Positions 9,403 to 18,894 of a stretch of DNA of 64,000 nt are shown in pieces; the first letter of the stretch is position 1; every line of letters starts with the position of its first letter. The position numbers and the translations under genes are program-made. The DNA comes from Limnochordia bacterium (GTDB lineage: Bacteria > Bacillota > Limnochordia > DTU080): the NCBI GenBank assembly GCA_050951545.1, contig JBMNJG010000013.1:43396-107395 (forward strand), written 5' to 3'. The notes under the pieces are model-generated. The model saw only the letters and a program-made list of their open reading frames with translations, made no database searches and was not told the DNA's origin.

Positions 9403-11688
9403 CTATCTGACGATTACCTCATACCAGAGCGTGCGATAGTCAGGGCCGATGGCAAAGGCACTGCCTGTGTCGGTGTTACGCACTGGCACCTCTGTCATCC
9501 GCTCCCCATTCTCACGGAGAGCATAGACCTGTACCCGATCGGCAGAGGTCGTCAGCTCTACATCCGCTGGAATACCTTCAACCCGAACAGGTGACGCCCC
9601 CCAGGAACCATGAATAGTCGCCCGCGTACCTGTCAGTGGAGTTAGCAGCATCCCTGTGTTCTCGCTGTAGCCTGTGGCCGTGAGCAAGGCCCTGAACGGA
9701 CCAGCGAAGCTCTCACCGTCATGCAATGTGAGCGTGATGGTAGACCACCCATCAAGTCGGGTGTTACCCGGCTCAATCGTCACCTCATGCAGGTCGAAGC
9801 ATCTGCCAGCTCCGTAACCGACGACTGCCTTGGAGCGAGAGGTGTCAATGGTAACCACACCTCGATCGGTCTGCGTACGATCCCACATCAGCTCCTCCGT
9901 ATCCGTCACATGGCGGAGGCCAGAAGAGCTGGGGATCTTCGCTGTGACACCGGGAGTGATCGCGTCAAGCGTCCGGGTCATGCGATACCGCAGGGGGAGT
10001 GTCGTCGGGACACCCCTGGACCAGGCGTTGTAGTTGGTACCCATGTTGGTTTTCCGTTCGGCCATCAGGCTTTTCTGCGTAGCATCGGTTAAGGGAATCT
10101 GCACGACATCTACCCCCGGCTGCACATCACCACGCAGTAGCATAGCTGTCGCCGCGGGCAGAGTCGCTTGCTTTACCGTATGACCTTTGATATTGAAGTA
10201 GTTCGTGATCCGCATGGGCCAGTAATCCCGCGACAGACTCCAGTCGAAGACGGTGATGCCGTCCCAGTCTTGGAAAGCTCCATATGCACAGGCCAGCACA
10301 AAGGCCTCGGAACCGTAGCTGTTAGGCGCCGGATGATTGTACTCCGACAGAGTGAAAGGTTTGCCCTCGACACGCAAGCGTGCTGCCATGGACAGCGGTC
10401 CGCCTCCATCGTGGTTGACCAGTGAGCGGTTTTCCACATAGAAGGAGCTCCACTGGTTGGAGGAAGAGGGAGTGGTAGTCTGCGGATGAGCCCAGTACAT
10501 GTGGGCGTCGACGTAGTCGAGCTGTGCTTGGATACTGGGCGGACTAAGAGTGATCTGGGTCCCGGCTACTAGGTTCTTGGCACCCAGCTCTTCCTTAATA
10601 AACTGGTACATGCCGGTGAAGAAGGCCTGCTCCGTATCCCAGATGAAGTCAACATAATCACTTTGACAAATTGGCGTGCGTTGGCCTGCTTCAGTCCAGA
10701 TGAGGCGCCTTACTCCAATCTCCAGACTCTCGCCTTCGGGCAGTCCGACTAAGCCTCTAGCTGGTGCGGAGCTGTCACCCCAGGCTGCCCGCAGTGCTGC
10801 GGTTGTGCCGTATTTCCTGGCCAGCCAAGCGGTCCATTGCTGTTCGAGCGGTGCCACGAGATCATCGGGTGTCTTGTCAAGCTCCCCACGGTTCCAGGTG
10901 TAGAACAGGCCGTCTTCGTTATTCAGCTCAACCTGGACTAGAGAAGGCTCTTCCGCGTAGCGATGGCCAGTGTACGGGTTGCGATGGGTAAGCAACTCCC
11001 TGATGTGCTCCCTATGCAGTACGGCTACATCGGGGTGGAATATGTCTAGACCGCGGTCAGAACCTGGCCGTTTGTCGGACAGAGGGAACCCTTCCTGCGG
11101 CTGCACGGTGCGAGATGTCTTCAGGTTGAAATTGACATAGATCCCGTTCTTCTTGAGTTGGGCAACGAAGTAGTCGAGGTTGTCTAGTTGGTCAGGGTCG
11201 ATGCGGCGGGGAAACACTCCGGCCTGGAAAAGGCCATCAGGAGCTTCATAGCGCTCGATATTGTGAAAACGTACCAGGTTGATACCGAAACGGGCCAACT
11301 GAAGGGCCAGTTTCTCGGCATCGGCGTGGGACGGAAACGCCGCGTTATAGCAGAAATTGACGCCGAAAAAGCGGATGCGCTTGCCGTCGCCAGTGTAGAA
11401 ACTCCCCTCATGCGCTGTGATGAAGCCTGCTTTACCAGCTGGCTTGTCGAGCAGGTGGGAAAAGTTAGTTACGTTGTCGGGGAAGAGATCGCCCTGAGAG
11501 ACTGTGAAGGGAAACAACGGTGCGAAGCCCTGCTCGGCAGCATTCACCGGACCAGCGATGCCCAGCAGAGCAGCAACAAACGTACAGATGAGCCATGCCC
11601 CTCCAATCAGGGTCGGCAGCCGTGCGTCGTCGCGATGGATGATCGTAGTGGGGGTTGGGCGCCCATGCGCCGTCGTTGTGTCAGCCAT
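9403..11688 (-). CDS. Secreted clan GH-A glycoside hydrolase (GH5-like)
   Basis: RFFGVN, GINLVRFH, LKKNGIY, LLTHRNPYTG, acid/base ELNNED, HMYW and nucleophile LSEYN. Start set at ATG 11688 after an AAGGGAG RBS. Confidence 0.75.
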   Translation of the reverse strand: MADTTTAHGRPTPTTIIHRDDARLPTLIGGAWLICTFVAALLGIAGPVNAAEQGFAPLFPFTVSQGDLFPDNVTNFSHLLDKPAGKAGFITAHEGSFYTGDGKRIRFFGVNFCYNAAFPSHADAEKLALQLARFGINLVRFHNIERYEAPDGLFQAGVFPRRIDPDQLDNLDYFVAQLKKNGIYVNFNLKTSRTVQPQEGFPLSDKRPGSDRGLDIFHPDVAVLHREHIRELLTHRNPYTGHRYAEEPSLVQVELNNEDGLFYTWNRGELDKTPDDLVAPLEQQWTAWLARKYGTTAALRAAWGDSSAPARGLVGLPEGESLEIGVRRLIWTEAGQRTPICQSDYVDFIWDTEQAFFTGMYQFIKEELGAKNLVAGTQITLSPPSIQAQLDYVDAHMYWAHPQTTTPSSSNQWSSFYVENRSLVNHDGGGPLSMAARLRVEGKPFTLSEYNHPAPNSYGSEAFVLACAYGAFQDWDGITVFDWSLSRDYWPMRITNYFNIKGHTVKQATLPAATAMLLRGDVQPGVDVVQIPLTDATQKSLMAERKTNMGTNYNAWSRGVPTTLPLRYRMTRTLDAITPGVTAKIPSSSGLRHVTDTEELMWDRTQTDRGVVTIDTSRSKAVVGYGAGRCFDLHEVTIEPGNTRLDGWSTITLTLHDGESFAGPFRALLTATGYSENTGMLLTPLTGTRATIHGSWGASPVRVEGIPADVELTTSADRVQVYALRENGERMTEVPVRNTDTGSAFAIGPDYRTLWYEVIVR

Positions 11689-11720
11689 GGTGTAAGCTCC
11701 CTTCGCGCGTCTATGCCGAA

Positions 11721-12164
11721 TCACTGGTCTCGCTGCTGTTCCAGATATGCGTTAACATGTTGGGCGAATTCAACAAAATCGTCGAGTTGTTCCGTAAGTA
11801 CGCGGTGCACCTCTCTCAGATCGACTGCGGTGTATTCGTGGACAAGGATGTTCCGAAAGCCTGCCATCGGCGCCATCCGTTCGGCGAATGCCTTGGGCAG
11901 AATACCCAATGGGGCCAGGGCTGAGATATTGTCGCGATATCGATCGGGAACTGGGCCCCCGAGCGAGGCTACACAGTGCGACGCCACATCCAGCACTGAC
12001 TGAACGCAGAGTTGCAGGCCGTGCTGGACCGCCCAGTACACTTTTGGACTGGCCGCCAGTTCATCCAGCGTCATTCCTCGGTACTCCCTGAGCACCTGCA
12101 CGGCATCAATCAGGTACGTCAAGCGCCGCTCAATCACGCCGCGGTCAGGCATGGCCCCGGTCAT
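11721..12164 (-). CDS. hepT: HepT/DUF86 HEPN ribonuclease toxin (type VII TA)
   Basis: GFRNILVHEY (Rx4HxY); 4-bp overlap with the upstream nucleotidyltransferase. Confidence 0.9.
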   Translation of the reverse strand: MTGAMPDRGVIERRLTYLIDAVQVLREYRGMTLDELAASPKVYWAVQHGLQLCVQSVLDVASHCVASLGGPVPDRYRDNISALAPLGILPKAFAERMAPMAGFRNILVHEYTAVDLREVHRVLTEQLDDFVEFAQHVNAYLEQQRDQ

Positions 12165-12634
12165 GGCTGTTCACCTCGTCTCGGCCGCAGGGCGGCCAGT
12201 TGTCGTTGCAGACGGGCGGCTTGAAGGTTGCGCAGTGGTCGGGTATCCTCGTACTCTTGGAAGGCCCTAATGGTGAACTCCGCAATCACTTCCATATTGA
12301 CAGCGTAGAGAACATGCCCGTCGCGAACCACGCGATGCAAAAGCAGCGGTGGTGCGCCGTTCAGGATGACCACGTCAACGTCGGGGCGTTCCCATATGCT
12401 CATCATGTCCAAAACGAGTTGTGGGCGGTTTACTCGGGCTTCCACCCCGCCTCGGGTGAGAAGAACGCCCAGGTCGAGGTCGCTATCAGGACGTGCCTCG
12501 CCCCGGGCCAGCGAACCAAAAAGGAATACTGCCGCGATCTCAGGCCGTTGAGAGAAGTACCTTCTCAGTTGTGTCATTTTTCCGGTGGAAAACACGGCCT
12601 CGGGTGCACCTCCTAGCCCTCGCCTCTTCGGCAT
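12161..12634 (-). CDS. mntA: MntA-like minimal nucleotidyltransferase antitoxin
   Basis: LFGSLARGEARPDSDLDLG (GSx10DxD) and VDVVILN.APPLL; paired with HEPN. Confidence 0.9.
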   Translation of the reverse strand: MPKRRGLGGAPEAVFSTGKMTQLRRYFSQRPEIAAVFLFGSLARGEARPDSDLDLGVLLTRGGVEARVNRPQLVLDMMSIWERPDVDVVILNGAPPLLLHRVVRDGHVLYAVNMEVIAEFTIRAFQEYEDTRPLRNLQAARLQRQLAALRPRRGEQP

Positions 12635-12940
12635 GACGCCCGTGCTGTCTTATTCTGGCCCCCGCCTCACTCGTGACCTCACTGTGATTCGTTCTCTGTT
12701 GACAGTCACTCTTCCTTGGCGGCGTGTTCTCGAAAAACCCACGACAGTCAGCTCTCCTGCCTGAGGGCCGAGGACGAGTATGAAAATGGTGACTCGTGGC
12801 CACAGGGTAGTCTTTCCCTCGTAGATCAGGTACAGTTGGCACATGATTCGCGTTCCACGCGTGGAGGTTGAGACGTGGGCGAACAAGCAGTCCCTGTAAC
12901 CTAGGCCCGTACGCAAACGGGCGATCTCACCAGTTTGGCC

Positions 12941-13222
12941 TCCATCAGTCCCGGACCCGGCTGGTGAGTCGGGGCCCGGGGCCGGTTACATTGCCCAAAT
13001 CGGCAAGAAGAGGGTGATGCTCACTGGTTTCACTTCCGTCAGTCCCGGACCCGGCTGGTGAGTCGGGGCCCGGGGTCGGTTACATTGCCCAAATCGGCAA
13101 GAAGGGGGCGATGCTCACTGGTTTCACTTCCATCAGTCCCGGACCCTGCTGGTGAGTCGGGGCCCGGGCCGGTTACATCACCCAAATCGGCAAGAAGTGG
13201 GCGATGCTCCAGTTTCATCTTC
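12941..13222. repeat. Three tandem 94-bp repeats with internal hairpins
   Basis: Units start at 12941, 13035 and 13129 (tccRtcagtcccggaccc...ggtgagtcggggcccggg...ggttacatYRcccaaatcggcaagaag..gggYgatgctc). A partial tail copy sits at about 12919-12936. Confidence 0.95.
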
Positions 13223-13494
13223 GATCACAGGAGGCCGACCAGGCGACGAGGCGGGTTCTGGGCAGGGCAAGATGGCTATTGGGCGGAACATTGTGATTTC
13301 GAGGCGGTTACAGCCGGAAGCGGGGCGCCCGTTGGCGCACCACTGGTCTGCTATTGTCACGACTTGTGCCGAGGGCACCTGGCGAGGGCATAGGGGCACC
13401 CGCTCTAGCGAGCGGCAGCGAGAGGTTGCTGAAACCCCTACTGTGAAGGGGGACAGATGATTCGAGGCTATGGCGCACTCTTGGCCGTCGTTGG

Positions 13495-14601
13495 CTACTC
13501 GCTGGCGGCATCACTGGCGGGCGCCCAGCCACCCTTAGCCGTCTCGCGGTAGAAGCGGCTCCTCAGATCGAGGTACCTGAGGAGTTTCTTGTTAAGGTCG
13601 CTTCGCAACGGCAGCAGTTGGCCAGCCTTGAACTTCATGGTGAGCCAGGACAGGTCCTTGGCATGGATCACAACCAACGTGACGTTGTTCTTCTCACACA
13701 ATTCACGCTTGGTCTTGTCACGTTCCATCTGCTTGGCGACCACGTCAGCCGAGAACCGTTTGGTAGGGGTGTAGTGCTGTGGCCCGTTAAACTCAAAAGC
13801 CACCGCCTCGAGGTCATAGTGGCGGTCGAGCTCCAGTAACATGCCAGTAGCCGGGTTGACTAGAAAACGGGGAGACGCGTTGTCTTTGTGGTCATCGGAG
13901 TCGAAAATAGCCGATAGGTATTCCTGCATCAAGGCCTGTCCGAAGAACTCAGCCTCGTCGAGTCGCTGCTGCGCCGCTAGCAGTTCATCCATGTACCTGC
14001 GGGCGACCGGGTTGCAGAGGCTGAAGCAAATGGGAGCCTGCTTGTGCTCTTGCTGCATCTCCAGCCAGCCCAGCTTGGCCAGTTGTCGAGCAGCCCGCTT
14101 GACCGTCTTGGCACCTAGACTCATCATCCGAGCCACAGACGCATATGTGAACACGCCCTGCAAATTACGGTAATCCGGCGTGGCCTGCAGTGCACCATAG
14201 ACCACCTTGGCCTGAGCACTGACTTCGGTGGCGATGATCAGCTCAGTAGGCATGACCACTCTTGGCCCCGACAGCTCTTTTGCTGGGGCCTGGTTGACGC
14301 CTGTGGGCAGACTGTACCAGCCCTTAGTGGTTAGCTTTGCCGTAGCCTTGCGGACGGTGGGTCGGGACAAACCGGTACGAGCAGCCAGGCGAGTGGGCGA
14401 TAGACGAGCTCGCTCCCCCAACTCAGCGTCGAGTGTGAGGGCCAGCCAGACTACCTTATCCGTCGCTCTTAACTGGCTAGTGAGCAGCAACGAGATCGGC
14501 ACGCGAACCTCTTCGATATCCAAGGGCGCCACCTCCAGCCAGAATGTCTGTTCGGGTCCCGAATACATGTTCGGCACACTCCGGTAGAGTTCCTCCATCA
14601 A
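13495..14601 (-). CDS. Tandem winged-HTH protein with C-terminal Vsr/DUF559-like PD-(D/E)XK endonuclease domain
   Basis: Two repeats of VP..L.....L....KVV..AL...LA...G.S..TV..A...L...GW; C-terminal LELDRHY...AFEFNGPQHY...QMERDKTKRELC...VTLVVI. Exact start uncertain. Confidence 0.7.
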   Translation of the reverse strand: MMEELYRSVPNMYSGPEQTFWLEVAPLDIEEVRVPISLLLTSQLRATDKVVWLALTLDAELGERARLSPTRLAARTGLSRPTVRKATAKLTTKGWYSLPTGVNQAPAKELSGPRVVMPTELIIATEVSAQAKVVYGALQATPDYRNLQGVFTYASVARMMSLGAKTVKRAARQLAKLGWLEMQQEHKQAPICFSLCNPVARRYMDELLAAQQRLDEAEFFGQALMQEYLSAIFDSDDHKDNASPRFLVNPATGMLLELDRHYDLEAVAFEFNGPQHYTPTKRFSADVVAKQMERDKTKRELCEKNNVTLVVIHAKDLSWLTMKFKAGQLLPLRSDLNKKLLRYLDLRSRFYRETAKGGWAPASDAASE

Positions 14602-14764
14602 AAGGTCGATTCAGACAAGACCAGAGGCGGCGTGCACCCAGCTCTTCAAAGCGAGGCGCGCTGATGCACGCGTTTTCCGGTCGTGATGGGTCGCATCTGG
14701 GTAGGACAGTGCTAGCCCGCCGCGGTGACCAGTGCCGTCCTGCCAAGGTAGACCAGTGCACACA

Positions 14765-14814
14765 CCAGTTACATCACCCGATTCGGCAAGAAGCGGTCGA
14801 TGATCACTGATCTC
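14765..14814. repeat. Isolated copy of the core of the 94-bp repeat, in direct orientation
   Basis: ccagttacatcacccgattcggcaagaagcggtcgatgatcactgatctc versus unit ccggttacatYRcccaaatcggcaagaag.gggYgatgctcactggtttc. Confidence 0.8.
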
Positions 14815-15139
14815 GTGGGCCCACATGGGCACGATGTTGATCGGAGATGCCAGCGGCCTTCAGTTGTCATCCGGAGAAGATGCCTGCGACTTCTCTCGGT
14901 GTTTGCCGTTCGTGACAAGGTGGCTTCTTGCGCGTAGGGTGCAAACACCGACCGCCGTTGCCTCGACTTCTGTGTGTCGTTGGCCGCCCACATGCCTATT
15001 GCCCAGGGTACCGAGACTTGACGCAGGCCCGTGAGCCGAGTCTGAGCATCGGGTTGTATGGTATAGTAGATCGAGATGGTAGCGGTTGATGGGGGAGTGC
15101 TGTGTACACAGATTATGTCGAATGTGACCGCTAAATACG

Positions 15140-15539
15140 TGGAGAGGCCGATCACTTGTTGTCTGCACTCGGGCTACATGGGATCCTATCACATTACGGT
15201 TTCCCCCGGGTGACAGGCAGCTACGCGCTGAGGCTGATGACCTGGAGAGACTTGGATATACCTCGTGAGCGATCAGATGTCGGTCTTGTCGTTCTTTGGC
15301 TTGGTGGTCGCCTGGTGGAATGCCTATCCCCAGTGAGGATGCACTACAGGAACGAACGCCTGGCGAGGACGCAGGGCCTGCCGAACGGGCTGTATTGCGG
15401 GATCTACCTTGGAGACGAGCGGGCAGGAGCGTGGAAGATCGGTATACGGGCGGTGGACTCGAGGGAGTGTGATCGTCTCACAGCGTTCATCGATTCGATA
15501 GCGGGCCGTCTTACACCCAAGTTACGACATCGAATTTAG
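15140..15539 (+). pseudogene. Degraded nucleotidyltransferase-fold hypothetical protein
   Basis: VTGSYALRLMTWRDLDI (GS...DxD). No good start, short, ends abruptly. Confidence 0.4.
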
Positions 15540-15551
15540 GAGGCCGTACCA

Positions 15552-16238
15552 ATGGCAAACGCCAGTTTCTCTCAGGTAATGGGTAGCATCCAGGGGGCGT
15601 TTGACTCAGTTCTGCAGCCTAAGGGTTTTCAGGCGCATGAGTATACGTATAACCGGGGCATGGAGGATGGCCTCATCCAGGTGGTCGACATTCAGCTATA
15701 CCCGTCGAAGCTTCCGTATCCTGGTTGGGAGAAGTATCGTGCTCGGTTCACGATCAACTTGGGCGTCTATGTTCCCGAGGTAGGTGAGCACTACAGTGCT
15801 ACCCTGGCGCAGACCCCGTGGGTTAAGGAGAGCGGCTTAGTTGTAGCACCGCTGGAGCCTTGGGTGCTTGACATCCAGTGCGCTCTGCGGGAACGGATTG
15901 GCCACGTATCAGAGGATGCTAAAGACATCTGGTGGCCCCTCCGTGAAGACGAGATGATTATCGAGGATGCTCTTTATTACCTTCAGACCTACGGGATTCC
16001 CTTTGTTGAGCACTGGTCCAGTCGAGACAGGATACTGGAGAACTGGGATGAGAACACAGCTAGAGGCATGAACCTGGCACCCAATGTTGTGAAAGCGATC
16101 ATCTTGTCAGAAAGGGGCGACATGGAGTCTGCTCGGGTACTGCTGGCGGAGCATGTGCACGAGCTGGATAGTCCGGATTCCGAACACTTTTTTCGGAGGC
16201 TCGCCAAGAGACTGGGGATTTGGAGGCTAGACGGCTAA
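15552..16238 (+). CDS. DUF4304-like protein
   Basis: AGGAGG RBS; LQPKGF....TYNR...GLIQVV.IQ...FTINLGVYVP...LRERIG...DIWW pattern. Confidence 0.65.
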   Translation: MANASFSQVMGSIQGAFDSVLQPKGFQAHEYTYNRGMEDGLIQVVDIQLYPSKLPYPGWEKYRARFTINLGVYVPEVGEHYSATLAQTPWVKESGLVVAPLEPWVLDIQCALRERIGHVSEDAKDIWWPLREDEMIIEDALYYLQTYGIPFVEHWSSRDRILENWDENTARGMNLAPNVVKAIILSERGDMESARVLLAEHVHELDSPDSEHFFRRLAKRLGIWRLDG

Positions 16239-16822
16239 CAAGCTGCCCGCCATGTCACAGGAGGCTATTCGCATACTGGTCTCGAGCTAGCGCCTGGGGT
16301 GCTGGTTGAGGACGCGACAGTGGCCTTGCCCTCATCTGCATGTTAAGCGAAGCGCGTCTTTGATGAGATGCCATCTATATAATAGACAAAACACGTCGAT
16401 ACTAGTCGGAGGATTCTAGATGGAGTCATCGAAGGAAACTGAGAAGTGATTACCAGGTTTTAATTAGACTCGTTCTCGCGGGGCACATACCATCCGGACT
16501 ATTTCGTACAGAATCGGCCGCGGTGAATGCACAAACTGGGCCCGATCCTAAGGCGGTCGAGGAGGTGCGAACTGGTCTGAGGACGGAGGTGAACGCTGCG
16601 CGATGGGAACTCGCCCCTCAGATGCCACAGAGGCTCTCCAGGTGGCGATCGATTCGGGGGTATGGCGCCGCATCGTTTTGTGGTAATAGCTAGGAAAGAC
16701 GAATATCGCGCACACAGGAGTCGGTCTTTGCCGCCCAGGACGTAAGAAACTCTGTTATTCGCAGCTATGGTTCTACCATTCGCATGCACTTCGCATGATC
16801 GGGAAATAGACAAGAGGGAGAG

Positions 16823-18163
16823 ATGTCAGTGCGCAAGCCCAGTTGGCGATGGGGATGGGCGTTTGCCTTATGTTTGTGTATATTGTTGGCAGCAACACTC
16901 GGCGTCAATGCAGTAAGTAAGGCGAAACTCGAAGTCTATGTCAGAGCTGCGGGCATTGCTGGGGGTACTGCGGCAGAGACAGAATGGGAAAATCAGATGT
17001 ACGCTGACTTCCAGGAAAAGCACCCTGATATCACACTCGACTTGATAACCCCAGTAGGTAGTGCTGGGTACTTAGAGAAACTGATCACATTGTGGGCCGT
17101 TGGTCAGCCTCCTGATGTGTGGGACCATGGCGGATTTGTGGCTAGCTACATTGAAAAGGGCTGGCTACTGGACTTGGCCCCCTTCATTCAACGCGAACCT
17201 GACCTAGGCAAAGACTTCTTCCCGGGTGCTTGGCGAGCATATCAGCAAGGCGGCCACGTGTGGGGGATGCCGCATGTATCGATGTCATCTCTGATCTGGT
17301 ACAATGTCGACCTCTTTGAGCAAGCAGGACTGCCGCTGCTCCCCGTTGACTGGGACGATCCCTCGTGGACCTGGGATGCTATGGTCGACTACGCGAAGAG
17401 ATTGACACGACTCACACCTGACGGACGCTTCGAAAGAGCGGGCGTCTCTGTCGGCTTGGGCGGGGGCATAGAAAGCCCCGTCTACTCTAACCTGTGGGGC
17501 GGTGACTGGTTCGATGAACAGACCCATAGGACAGGGGAACCGCATGTGAGTACCATCGCCAGCCCCGAAAACATCAAGGCCTACGAAAAAGTAGTGGATC
17601 TCATTCAGAACTATGGCGGCAATGTAGCTGGTGGCTACGCTGGTGGCAAGGTGGGCATGGCGGTTCGCACGCCGCTGAACATCGCTGCCACGGCTCGACA
17701 AGACGCGTTTTTCTGCCGTTGGGGTTTTGCACCGATGCCCGCGGGTACGCACCGGGCTGCCGCACTCTATACAGACCCCTGGATGATTAGTAGCCAAACC
17801 AAGCACCCTGAGGAAGCATGGCTGTTCATCAAGTACATGACCAGTGTGGAAGTGATGAAGAACTACACTGCCTTCGGGTTTGGCCTGGCACCTGTGGCCA
17901 GAAGATCAGCCATCAAAGGCTACATTGACAGACTTGTGGATGCCTCCGATGCCCAGAATTTCAACCAGATTCTGTCGGTACTATCGGGTGGGCAGGTCTA
18001 TGGACGAGAAGTATATGACCACACCATCGCGGGGTGGGCAGATATCTGGAGGGTAACCCGTGAGGAGTTCCCATTGATGGTTCAGGGGGCCAAGAGCGTA
18101 CAAGCTGCCCTTCTGCAGGCACACGATGCAATCACGGCCATCATCAGCGAGCGGAAGCGCTAG
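16823..18163 (+). CDS. ABC transporter sugar-binding protein (extracellular solute-binding family 1)
   Basis: Signal peptide; FQEKHPDI, GQPPDV, WYNVDLFEQAG, WTWD, TKHPEEAWLFIKY. Confidence 0.9.
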   Translation: MSVRKPSWRWGWAFALCLCILLAATLGVNAVSKAKLEVYVRAAGIAGGTAAETEWENQMYADFQEKHPDITLDLITPVGSAGYLEKLITLWAVGQPPDVWDHGGFVASYIEKGWLLDLAPFIQREPDLGKDFFPGAWRAYQQGGHVWGMPHVSMSSLIWYNVDLFEQAGLPLLPVDWDDPSWTWDAMVDYAKRLTRLTPDGRFERAGVSVGLGGGIESPVYSNLWGGDWFDEQTHRTGEPHVSTIASPENIKAYEKVVDLIQNYGGNVAGGYAGGKVGMAVRTPLNIAATARQDAFFCRWGFAPMPAGTHRAAALYTDPWMISSQTKHPEEAWLFIKYMTSVEVMKNYTAFGFGLAPVARRSAIKGYIDRLVDASDAQNFNQILSVLSGGQVYGREVYDHTIAGWADIWRVTREEFPLMVQGAKSVQAALLQAHDAITAIISERKR

Positions 18164-18416
18164 ACGCTTCGTTACTGGCTATCACACCGCCAGATGTGAG
18201 CATGCGTCTGGCGGTGTGTCGCGCAAGAGGCCGCCGTGGGACGGAGACACCTTCAGTTTCATTAGTAGCGACGCACATTCGCTCAACGTGCCAGCCACCA
18301 CCCGTTCTGTGCAAGGGACTATGCCCGAAAACAGCAATGATAAAACAGGTGGAATGGCCTTCTGCAGGTGCCAGTGAGTAGGAGCTCTCTTGCCGCGCGG
18401 CATTCAGCTCACAGGC

Positions 18417-18639
18417 GTGATGCACGCCCTATGTATAACGTGTCCTTGTCGCACGCCTTGCCCTCAGAAGAGCATCGTGCTTCGGCTCGCAGCCCAGAGA
18501 CCCAGATGCACAAAGTCACCGAGGCCCGCAACAACTTGATGTGGAAGGCCGTACGCGACCAGGTGGTACCGAGCAAAAAGACTGCGAAGCAGGTCATCCT
18601 GGAAATCGCTGAGGCGGTGCGGGCGTTGTGCAAGTAGGG
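18417..18639 (+). repeat. Internally deleted duplicate of 32829-34757 (phosphodiesterase fragment joined to SBP 3' end)
   Basis: 18417-18494 closely matches 32829-32906, and 18490-18639 closely matches 34608-34757. The two parts join at a shared CAGCC. Confidence 0.9.
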
Positions 18640-18894
18640 TGCAAGGATCATCTTTCAGATAGCTGTGACTGAGATACGGTACCAGGGCATTGATGTTATC
18701 GGAAAACAACTCCTGTGAAAGAAGGAAAGGCACTAAGCGACTCGAATGTGACTATTGATGCCTCGTATCCGCTGTGGCCTGCGCCGTTTTCCATGGTGAT
18801 GCCGATATGGTCGCAGGGCGAGCACCTGTCGCCACAGCGCTTCCGGAGATCGCGAGGCGGTGAGCATACCCACATAATGGAGGGACACAAGCCG

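Noticed and set aside
11188-12003. Long alternative ORFs (e.g. 11188-12003, 39884-40555, 53332-54039, 32176-32745)
   Set aside because: Antisense or off-frame shadows of well-supported genes, or read-through of CRISPR/IS remnants; expected in GC-rich DNA.
12941-13222. 94-bp repeats as a CRISPR or TIGR-like guide array
   Set aside because: Units are near-identical along their whole length with no variable spacers; no Cas or Nop-domain gene is adjacent.
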